DNA from: Escherichia coli
GTDB lineage: Bacteria > Pseudomonadota > Gammaproteobacteria > Enterobacterales > Enterobacteriaceae
Direction: 5' to 3' (one strand)
Length of the DNA stretch: 64,000 bases
NCBI RefSeq assembly: GCF_045037415.1
Contig: NZ_CP173438.1
Below the pieces are notes generated by a model. That model was given only the letters and a program-made list of their open reading frames with translations. It did not search any database and had not been told where the DNA came from. The translations under genes and the position numbers were made by a program. Positions 1 through 8,671 of this stretch are shown piece after piece. The stretch's first letter is position 1; every line of letters begins with the position of its first letter.

Positions 1-535
1 GCTGCTGATTAATGCTTCGCGCGGTACTGTGGTGGATATTCCAGCGCTGTGTGACGCGCTGGCGAGCAAACATCTGGCGGGGGCGGCAATCGACGTATTC
101 CCGACGGAACCGGCGACCAATAGCGATCCATTTACCTCTCCGCTGTGTGAATTCGACAATGTCCTTCTGACGCCACACATTGGCGGTTCGACTCAGGAAG
201 CGCAGGAGAATATTGGCCTGGAAGTTGCGGGTAAATTGATCAAGTATTCTGACAATGGTTCAACGCTCTCTGCGGTGAACTTCCCGGAAGTCTCGCTGCC
301 ACTGCACGGTGGTCGTCGTCTGATGCACATCCACGAAAACCGTCCGGGTGTGCTGACTGCGCTCAACAAAATTTTTGCCGAGCAGGGCGTCAACATCGCC
401 GCGCAATATCTGCAAACTTCCGCCCAGATGGGTTATGTAGTTATTGATATTGAAGCCGACGAAGACGTTGCCGAAAAAGCGCTGCAGGCAATGAAAGCTA
501 TTCCGGGTACCATTCGCGCCCGTCTGCTATACTAA
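1..535 (+). CDS. serA: D-3-phosphoglycerate dehydrogenase, C-terminal part (5' end outside window)
   Basis: Frame is open to the window edge and ends at the stop at 533-535; the ORF-track protein (29..535) matches the SerA C-terminal regulatory domain; a hairpin plus T-run terminator follows. Confidence 0.93.
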   Translation, partial: LLINASRGTVVDIPALCDALASKHLAGAAIDVFPTEPATNSDPFTSPLCEFDNVLLTPHIGGSTQEAQENIGLEVAGKLIKYSDNGSTLSAVNFPEVSLPLHGGRRLMHIHENRPGVLTALNKIFAEQGVNIAAQYLQTSAQMGYVVIDIEADEDVAEKALQAMKAIPGTIRARLLY

Positions 536-555
536 ATCCCTTTCTCTGAAAATCA

Positions 556-587
556 ACGGGCAGGTCACTGACTTGCCCGTTATTTTA
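556..587 (+). terminator. Rho-independent terminator downstream of serA
   Basis: 7-bp GC-rich stem (acgggca/tgcccgt) followed by tatttta, about 20 nt after the serA stop. Confidence 0.6.
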
Positions 588-714
588 TCCCTTCTCCACA
601 CCGTTGCCGCGTTGCGCATTCTACTTTGCGAGTCTGCTCCAGAAAATAAATCAAAGTCAGATCAATGCGTTGTGTTTATTTAATGGGGATTTACGATGGC
701 GGGACTGTACAGGG

Positions 715-860
715 CTGTAACGGTAAAGCCCTCACCGAAGCGAGGGCTTGAAGGAGAAGGGTTATGATGCGACTTGTCATCATACTGATTGTACTGTTAC
801 TCATAAGTTTCAGCGCTTATTAACAGTCAGTCACAGGGGAGGAGCAATCCCCCCTTACCC
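715..860 (-). ncRNA. sibC: SibC antisense sRNA (antitoxin of IbsC); boundaries approximate
   Basis: Sib RNAs are about 140 nt and fully complementary to the ibs mRNA; a GC stem (gccctc..gagggc) plus short U-run on the minus strand near 720-750 fits a 3' end. Ends not determined from sequence alone. Confidence 0.45.
764..823 (+). CDS. ibsC: Type I toxin IbsC, 19-aa hydrophobic peptide
   Basis: Small ORF atgatgcgacttgtcatc... encoding MMRLVIILIVLLLISFSAY with an upstream gaaggagaa Shine-Dalgarno; sits in the serA-ygfA intergenic region where ibsC/sibC lies in E. coli. Too short for the ORF track. Confidence 0.7.
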   Translation: MMRLVIILIVLLLISFSAY

Positions 861-923
861 TTACTCACTAAATTAGGTTAAAGAATCAACGATGTCAATC
901 AGGGCGATGCAGGTGTGTCGCCC

Positions 924-1472
924 TCACCACTCCCAGACTTTCGACGGTGTAACCACCGCAGGCAGTGGGATATCCCACTCTTCAACGGGGAGTTTTTCCA
1001 CCAACTGACAATCATGCGCATAACCCACCGGTTGCATTTTATAGTGCTGCCAGTTTTGTAAGGTCCGATCATAAAAACCACCGCCCATTCCCAGGCGCTG
1101 ACCGTACTCATCAAAGGCGACCAGCGGTGTAATCAACACGTCTAATCGGGAAAGGGGTAGCACGTCACGCACATCCAGTTTTGGCTCATGGATCTTCAAC
1201 TTGTTCATCACCAGTTCGCTTTGTGGATGGTAATTCAGGAACAGCAAATTACCGGCACTAAAGGGATGCAAAACTGGAAGATATACGCGCTTACCGGCGC
1301 GCCAGAGTTGTTCTATGAGTGGCTGGGTGTCGAGTTCGCCATCAAAAGAGAGGAATACAGCGACCGTATGTGCCATCACCACCGGGGGATAAGTCATCAT
1401 CCGGGTAGCGGCTTGTTGACCCATTTCCTGCTGTTGTTCCGGCGTTAACGCACGACGACGTTGCCGAATCAT
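924..1472 (-). CDS. ygfA: 5-formyltetrahydrofolate cyclo-ligase
   Basis: ORF track 924..1670; the internal start MIRQRRRALTPEQQ gives 182 aa, the known YgfA length. The longer track ORF is an artefact of read-through across ssrS. Confidence 0.9.
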   Translation of the reverse strand: MIRQRRRALTPEQQQEMGQQAATRMMTYPPVVMAHTVAVFLSFDGELDTQPLIEQLWRAGKRVYLPVLHPFSAGNLLFLNYHPQSELVMNKLKIHEPKLDVRDVLPLSRLDVLITPLVAFDEYGQRLGMGGGFYDRTLQNWQHYKMQPVGYAHDCQLVEKLPVEEWDIPLPAVVTPSKVWEW

Positions 1473-1547
1473 TTTGCGGATTTCTTGTCGGGATAATGTC
1501 AGTGGGAGTTCTGGTAATTGCGTCATGGCTGGTGCCAGATAAGAAGG

Positions 1548-1730
1548 GAATCTCCGAGATGCCGCCGCAGGCTGTAACCCTTGAACCCTTGGTTCAAGGT
1601 GAATGTGTCGTCGCAGTTTTAAGGCTTCTCGGACGGACCGAGCATGCTCACCAACCGCGGAGCGCCACATTCTTGTGGTATGAAATATCGGCTCAGGGGA
1701 CTGGCCCGCTTGCGAACATCTCAGAGAAAT
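1548..1730 (-). ncRNA. ssrS: 6S RNA, regulator of sigma-70 RNA polymerase
   Basis: Minus-strand sequence begins AUUUCUCUGAGAUGUUCGCAAGCGGGCCAGUCCCCUGAGCC and ends ...GGCAUCUCGGAGAUUCCC, the E. coli 6S RNA; about 183 nt, immediately upstream of ygfA. Confidence 0.92.
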
Positions 1731-1771
1731 TTTGTCTTCACGGTTACTCTACCACAGTAAACCGAAAAGTG

Positions 1772-2167
<396 letters not shown>

Positions 2168-2268
2168 CTATAGCTACCCTGATGAGAAGAGACAAGCCCT
2201 TTTCTGGTCCACCAGGGCCCAAAGTGGTAGCATATCATGAATATTCCTCCCTTTGACGACGAATGCTT

Positions 2269-2847
2269 ATGTCTATACAGAACGAAATGCCTGGTTACAA
2301 CGAAATGAACCAGTATCTGAACCAACAAGGGACGGGTCTGACCCCTGCTGAGATGCATGGTTTAATCAGTGGGATGATATGTGGCGGTAACGATGACAGC
2401 TCATGGCTGCCGCTACTTCACGACCTGACGAACGAAGGCATGGCTTTCGGTCATGAGCTGGCACAGGCACTGCGCAAAATGCACTCTGCCACCAGCGATG
2501 CCCTGCAGGATGACGGCTTCCTTTTTCAGCTTTATCTACCTGATGGCGATGATGTCAGCGTTTTCGATCGGGCTGATGCGCTGGCTGGTTGGGTCAATCA
2601 CTTCCTGCTTGGTCTTGGCGTTACGCAACCGAAGCTGGACAAAGTGACCGGCGAAACCGGTGAAGCCATCGACGATCTGCGTAACATCGCGCAGTTGGGT
2701 TACGACGAAGACGAAGATCAGGAAGAGCTTGAAATGTCGCTTGAAGAGATCATCGAGTACGTCCGTGTTGCCGCGCTGTTATGCCACGACACCTTTACTC
2801 ATCCGCAACCGACCGCGCCAGAAGTACAAAAACCGACTCTACACTAA
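2269..2847 (+). CDS. ygfB: UPF0149 family protein YgfB
   Basis: ORF track 2263..2847; start at the third codon ([10 protein letters not shown]) gives 192 aa; divergent from zapA. Confidence 0.88.
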
Positions 2848-2872
2848 AAACAAAAAACGTAAGGAGAGTGTT

Positions 2873-4198
2873 ATGAGTGATATATCCCGGCAAGAATTTC
2901 AGCGTCGCCGTCAGGCCCTGGTAGAGCAAATGCAACCCGGCAGCGCCGCGCTGATTTTTGCTGCACCAGAAGTAACACGTAGCGCCGACAGCGAATACCC
3001 CTATCGTCAGAACAGTGACTTCTGGTACTTCACCGGCTTTAACGAACCGGAAGCGGTGCTGGTGCTGATTAAAAGCGATGACACTCATAACCACAGCGTT
3101 TTGTTTAACCGCGTTCGCGACCTGACGGCAGAGATCTGGTTTGGTCGTCGCTTAGGCCAGGATGCCGCGCCAGAGAAACTGGGCGTTGACCGCGCACTGG
3201 CATTCAGCGAAATCAATCAACAACTTTATCAACTACTTAATGGTCTGGATGTGGTTTACCACGCCCAGGGCGAATATGCATATGCTGATGAAATCGTGAA
3301 CAGCGCGCTTGAGAAACTGCGTAAAGGTTCGCGGCAAAATCTCACCGCACCGGCAACGATGATCGACTGGCGTCCTGTTGTTCATGAAATGCGCCTGTTC
3401 AAATCACCAGAAGAGATTGCCGTACTTCGCCGCGCGGGTGAAATCACCGCACTGGCGCATACACGGGCGATGGAAAAATGCCGTCCGGGGATGTTCGAGT
3501 ACCATCTGGAAGGCGAAATTCACCACGAATTTAACCGCCACGGTGCGCGTTACCCTTCCTATAACACCATTGTTGGCAGCGGTGAAAACGGCTGCATTTT
3601 GCATTACACCGAAAACGAGTGTGAACTGCGTGACGGTGACCTGGTGTTGATTGACGCGGGTTGTGAATACAAAGGTTACGCTGGCGACATTACCCGCACC
3701 TTCCCGGTCAACGGCAAATTCACTCAGGCTCAGCGTGAAATCTATGACATTGTGCTGGAGTCTCTTGAAACCAGCCTGCGCCTGTATCGTCCGGGAACTT
3801 CCATTCAGGAAGTCACTGGTGAAGTGGTGCGCATCATGGTTAGCGGTCTGGTAAAACTCGGCATCCTGAAAGGTGATGTTGATGAACTGATCGCTCAGAA
3901 CGCCCATCGTCCTTTCTTTATGCATGGCCTTAGCCACTGGTTAGGACTGGATGTTCATGACGTTGGTGTTTATGGTCAGGATCGCTCGCGTATTCTGGAA
4001 CCGGGTATGGTACTGACCGTAGAACCAGGACTGTATATTGCGCCGGATGCAGAAGTGCCAGAACAGTATCGCGGTATCGGCATTCGTATTGAAGACGATA
4101 TTGTGATTACCGAAACCGGTAATGAAAACCTCACCGCCAGCGTGGTGAAAAAGCCGGAAGAAATCGAAGCGTTGATGGCAGCTGCGAGAAAGCAATGA
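2873..4198 (+). CDS. pepP: Xaa-Pro aminopeptidase (aminopeptidase P II)
   Basis: Track ORF 2660..4198; real start at MSDISRQEFQRRRQ (RBS aaggagag) gives 441 aa; M24 metallopeptidase motif HGLSHWLGLDVHD. Confidence 0.93.
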   Translation: MSDISRQEFQRRRQALVEQMQPGSAALIFAAPEVTRSADSEYPYRQNSDFWYFTGFNEPEAVLVLIKSDDTHNHSVLFNRVRDLTAEIWFGRRLGQDAAPEKLGVDRALAFSEINQQLYQLLNGLDVVYHAQGEYAYADEIVNSALEKLRKGSRQNLTAPATMIDWRPVVHEMRLFKSPEEIAVLRRAGEITALAHTRAMEKCRPGMFEYHLEGEIHHEFNRHGARYPSYNTIVGSGENGCILHYTENECELRDGDLVLIDAGCEYKGYAGDITRTFPVNGKFTQAQREIYDIVLESLETSLRLYRPGTSIQEVTGEVVRIMVSGLVKLGILKGDVDELIAQNAHRPFFMHGLSHWLGLDVHDVGVYGQDRSRILEPGMVLTVEPGLYIAPDAEVPEQYRGIGIRIEDDIVITETGNENLTASVVKKPEEIEALMAAARKQ

Positions 4199-5373
4199 GC
4201 GTAATCATCGTCGGTGGCGGCATGGCGGGCGCGACGCTGGCGCTGGCTATTTCCCGGTTAAGTCACGGGGCGCTGCCAGTACATTTGATTGAAGCGACCG
4301 CGCCAGAGTCACATGCGCATCCGGGCTTTGATGGACGAGCTATTGCGCTGGCGGCGGGTACCTGTCAGCAACTGGCGCGCATCGGCGTCTGGCAATCTCT
4401 GGCTGATTGCGCAACTGCCATCACCACCGTGCATGTTAGCGATCGTGGTCACGCTGGATTTGTCACCCTCGCCGCAGAAGATTACCAACTGGCGGCGCTG
4501 GGGCAGGTTGTCGAATTGCACAATGTCGGGCAACGGCTGTTTGCATTGCTGCGCAAAGCACCTGGCGTAACGCTGCATTGCCCTGATCGCGTGGCTAACG
4601 TTGCCCGTACTCAGAGCCACGTTGAAGTGACGCTGGAGAGTGGCGAGACGCTGACGGGCCGCGTGCTGGTAGCCGCTGATGGCACCCATTCAGCGTTAGC
4701 CACCGCGTGCGGTGTTGACTGGCAGCAGGAGCCTTACGAACAACTGGCTGTGATTGCCAACGTTGCGACTTCCGTTGCGCATGAAGGGCGCGCTTTTGAA
4801 CGCTTTACACAATATGGCCCGCTGGCGATGTTGCCGATGTCTGACGGACGCTGTTCGCTGGTCTGGTGTCATCCACTGGAACGGCGCGAAGAGGTGCTGT
4901 CGTGGAGCGACGAGAAGTTCTGCCGTGAACTCCAGTCGGCCTTTGGCTGGCGACTGGGGCAAATTACCCACGCCGGAAAACGTAGTGCTTATCCGCTGGC
5001 GTTAACCCGCGCCGCCAAACCTATTACCCATCGTACCGTGCTGGTGGGGAATGCGGCGCAAACTCTGCATCCCATCGCCGGGCAAGGATTTAACCTCGGT
5101 ATGCGTGATGTGATGAGTCTTGCAGAAACCCTGACTCAGGCGCAGGAACGCAGAGAAGACATGGGTGATTACGGCGTATTGTGCCGTTATCAGCAGCGTC
5201 GACAGCGCGATCGCGAAGCAACCATCGGCGTCACGGACAGCCTTGTACATCTTTTTGCCAACCGTTGGACGCCGCTGGTTGTCGGGCGCAACATCGGGCT
5301 GATGACGATGGAATTATTTACCCCGGCACGCGATGTGCTGGCGCAGCGCACTCTTGGTTGGGTGGCGCGTTGA
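4195..5373 (+). CDS. ubiH: 2-octaprenyl-6-methoxyphenol hydroxylase (FAD-dependent)
   Basis: 392 aa; N-terminal FAD fold VGGGMAGATLA; ATGA start/stop overlap with pepP. Confidence 0.93.
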   Translation: MSVIIVGGGMAGATLALAISRLSHGALPVHLIEATAPESHAHPGFDGRAIALAAGTCQQLARIGVWQSLADCATAITTVHVSDRGHAGFVTLAAEDYQLAALGQVVELHNVGQRLFALLRKAPGVTLHCPDRVANVARTQSHVEVTLESGETLTGRVLVAADGTHSALATACGVDWQQEPYEQLAVIANVATSVAHEGRAFERFTQYGPLAMLPMSDGRCSLVWCHPLERREEVLSWSDEKFCRELQSAFGWRLGQITHAGKRSAYPLALTRAAKPITHRTVLVGNAAQTLHPIAGQGFNLGMRDVMSLAETLTQAQERREDMGDYGVLCRYQQRRQRDREATIGVTDSLVHLFANRWTPLVVGRNIGLMTMELFTPARDVLAQRTLGWVAR

Positions 5374-5395
5374 AGGCGGTTTTAAGGAATAAACA

Positions 5396-6598
5396 ATGCA
5401 AAGTGTTGATGTAGCCATTGTTGGCGGCGGCATGGTCGGGCTGGCGGTTGCCTGCGGCTTACAGGGTATCGGCTTACGCGTTGCCGTACTGGAGCAGCGC
5501 GTACCGGAACCTCTGGCGGCGGATGCACCACCACAACTGCGCGTTTCGGCTATCAATGCCGCCAGCGAAAAATTACTCACCCGTCTTGGCGTCTGGCAGG
5601 ACATTCTCTCTCGTAGGGCCTGTTGCTATCACGGCATGGAAGTGTGGGACAAAGACAGCTTTGGTCACATCTCGTTTGACGATCAAAGCATGGGCTATAG
5701 CCATCTTGGGCATATCGTTGAAAACTCAGTGATTCACTACGCGCTGTGGAACAAAGCGCTGCAGTCGTCAGATATCACTCTGTTGGCCCCCGCAGAATTA
5801 CAGCAGGTCGCCTGGGGTGAAAATGAAACCTTCCTGACGTTGAAAGATGGCAGCATGTTAACGGCGCGTCTGGTGATTGGCGCGGACGGCGCTAATTCCT
5901 GGTTGCGCAACAAAGCCGATATTCCGCTGACTTTCTGGGATTATCAGCATCACGCGCTGGTGGCGACCATTCGCACGGAAGAACCGCATGATGCGGTGGC
6001 GCGACAGGTTTTTCATGGCGAAGGCATTCTGGCCTTTTTGCCGCTTAGCGATCCGCATCTTTGCTCGATTGTCTGGTCACTGTCGCCAGAGGAAGCGCAG
6101 CGGATGCAGCAGGCAGGCGAAGACGAATTTAATCGCGCGTTAAATATCGCTTTTGATAATCGCCTGGGCTTATGCAAGGTTGAAAGTGAGCGCCTGGTGT
6201 TCCCGCTAACGGGGCGTTATGCGCGCCAGTTTGCCGCGCACCGTCTGGCGCTGGTGGGCGACGCCGCGCATACCATTCACCCGTTGGCGGGGCAGGGGGT
6301 AAATCTCGGCTTTATGGATGCTGCAGAGCTGATTGCTGAACTGAAACGGTTGCATCGTCAGGGTAAAGACATCGGGCAGTACATTTACCTGCGTCGCTAT
6401 GAGCGTAGCCGCAAGCACAGCGCGGCGCTGATGCTGGCTGGTATGCAGGGATTCCGCGATCTGTTTTCCGGGGCTAATCCGGCGAAAAAATTGCTGCGTG
6501 ATATTGGTCTGAAACTGGCTGATACGCTTCCTGGCGTTAAGCCACAACTTATTCGCCAGGCAATGGGATTAAACGATTTGCCTGAATGGCTGCGTTAA
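5396..6598 (+). CDS. ubiI: 2-octaprenylphenol hydroxylase (FAD-dependent; VisC)
   Basis: 400 aa; VGGGMVGLAVA dinucleotide-binding motif; paralogue of ubiH immediately upstream. Confidence 0.92.
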   Translation: MQSVDVAIVGGGMVGLAVACGLQGIGLRVAVLEQRVPEPLAADAPPQLRVSAINAASEKLLTRLGVWQDILSRRACCYHGMEVWDKDSFGHISFDDQSMGYSHLGHIVENSVIHYALWNKALQSSDITLLAPAELQQVAWGENETFLTLKDGSMLTARLVIGADGANSWLRNKADIPLTFWDYQHHALVATIRTEEPHDAVARQVFHGEGILAFLPLSDPHLCSIVWSLSPEEAQRMQQAGEDEFNRALNIAFDNRLGLCKVESERLVFPLTGRYARQFAAHRLALVGDAAHTIHPLAGQGVNLGFMDAAELIAELKRLHRQGKDIGQYIYLRRYERSRKHSAALMLAGMQGFRDLFSGANPAKKLLRDIGLKLADTLPGVKPQLIRQAMGLNDLPEWLR

Positions 6599-7045
6599 AA
6601 ATTTCTCTTCTGCTGTTTATTTGATACCCATCACACTTTCATCTCCCGGTTTTTTCGCCGGGAGATTTTCCTCATTTGAAATAAACTAATTTCACCTGCG
6701 ATTTCGCATTATATTTTCTAATGCCACGAATTTTTGATTTAGTGTTTTTTGACATTTTTTTAGTTCTTAATGTTGTCTTATTCAAATTAACTTTCTCATC
6801 TATTTATCTTTATATAGAGATTTGTTCATTTTTTGGTTTTTTATTCTGTTACGATTTTGGCGTTTTTTAACCATAAGCTAATGTGATGATCAATTTTACC
6901 TTATGGTTAACAGTCTGTTTCGGTGGTAAGTTCAGGCAAAAGAGAACGATTGCGTTGGGGACCGGGAGTGGCTCCGATGCTGGGTTTCGTGGTGATAATT
7001 TCGCCATAGAAAAGTTGTCAGCCCCGCTTATTCAATGAGGACAAG

Positions 7046-8140
7046 ATGGCACAACAGACTCCTTTGTACGAACAACACACGCTTTGCGGCGCTCGCATGG
7101 TGGATTTCCACGGCTGGATGATGCCGCTGCATTACGGTTCGCAAATCGACGAACATCATGCGGTACGTACCGATGCCGGAATGTTTGATGTGTCACATAT
7201 GACCATCGTCGATCTTCGCGGCAGCCGCACCCGGGAGTTTCTACGTTATCTGCTGGCGAACGATGTGGCGAAGCTCACCAAAAGCGGCAAAGCCCTTTAC
7301 TCGGGGATGTTGAATGCCTCTGGCGGTGTGATAGATGATCTCATCGTCTACTACTTTACTGAAGATTTCTTCCGCCTCGTTGTTAACTCCGCCACCCGCG
7401 AAAAAGACCTCTCCTGGATTACCCAACACGCTGAACCTTTCGGCATCGAAATTACTGTTCGTGATGACCTTTCCATGATCGCCGTACAAGGGCCGAATGC
7501 GCAGGCAAAAGCTGCCACACTGTTTAATGACGCCCAGCGTCAGGCGGTGGAAGGGATGAAACCGTTCTTTGGCGTGCAGGCGGGCGATCTGTTTATTGCC
7601 ACCACCGGTTACACCGGTGAAGCGGGCTACGAAATTGCGCTGCCCAATGAAAAAGCGGCCGATTTCTGGCGCGCGCTGGTGGAAGCTGGCGTTAAGCCAT
7701 GTGGCCTGGGCGCGCGTGACACGCTGCGTCTGGAAGCGGGCATGAATTTGTATAGCCAGGAGATGGACGAAACTATTTCTCCTTTAGCCGCCAATATGGG
7801 CTGGACTATCGCCTGGGAACCGGCAGATCGTGACTTTATCGGTCGTGAAGCTCTGGAAGCGCAGCGTGAACATGGCACAGAAAAACTGGTTGGTCTGGTG
7901 ATGACCGAAAAAGGCGTGCTGCGTAATGAACTGCCGGTACGTTTTACTGATGCGCAGGGCAACCAGCATGAAGGCATTATCACCAGCGGTACTTTCTCCC
8001 CAACGCTGGGTTATAGCATTGCGCTGGCGCGCGTGCCGGAAGGTATTGGTGAAACGGCGATTGTGCAAATTCGCAACCGTGAAATGCCGGTTAAAGTGAC
8101 GAAACCTGTTTTTGTGCGTAACGGCAAAGCCGTCGCGTGA
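7046..8140 (+). CDS. gcvT: Glycine cleavage system T protein (aminomethyltransferase)
   Basis: 364-aa [44 protein letters not shown]...; first gene of gcvTHP. Confidence 0.95.
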
Positions 8141-8163
8141 TTTACTTTTTTGGAGATTGATTG

Positions 8164-8553
8164 ATGAGCAACGTACCAGCAGAACTGAAATACAGCAAAG
8201 AACACGAATGGTTGCGTAAAGAAGCCGACGGCACTTACACCGTTGGCATCACCGAACACGCTCAGGAGCTGTTAGGCGATATGGTGTTTGTTGACCTGCC
8301 GGAAGTGGGCGCAACGGTTAGCGCGGGCGATGACTGCGCGGTTGCCGAATCGGTAAAAGCGGCGTCAGATATTTATGCGCCAGTAAGCGGTGAAATCGTG
8401 GCGGTAAACGATGCACTGAGCGATTCTCCGGAACTGGTCAACAGCGAACCGTATGCAGGCGGCTGGATTTTCAAAATCAAAGCCAGCGATGAAAGCGAAC
8501 TGGAATCACTGCTGGATGCAACCGCATACGAAGCATTGTTAGAAGACGAGTAA
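8164..8553 (+). CDS. gcvH: Glycine cleavage system H protein (lipoyl carrier)
   Basis: Track ORF 8161..8553; start at the second Met gives 129 aa; lipoyl-lysine context [11 protein letters not shown]. Confidence 0.94.
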
Positions 8554-8671
8554 CGGCTTTATTCCTCTTCTGCGGGAGAGGATCAGGGTGAGGAACATTT
8601 ACGCCTCACCCTCACTCTCTTCGTAAGGAGAGAGGTTCACAATTCACTGCACGTTTCAGGAACCATCGCTC

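Noticed and set aside
2660-2872. N-terminal extension of pepP in the ORF track (512 aa versus 441 aa).
   Set aside because: The extension overlaps the ygfB 3' end in another frame; the real start is the ATG at 2873 with a good RBS and the expected length.
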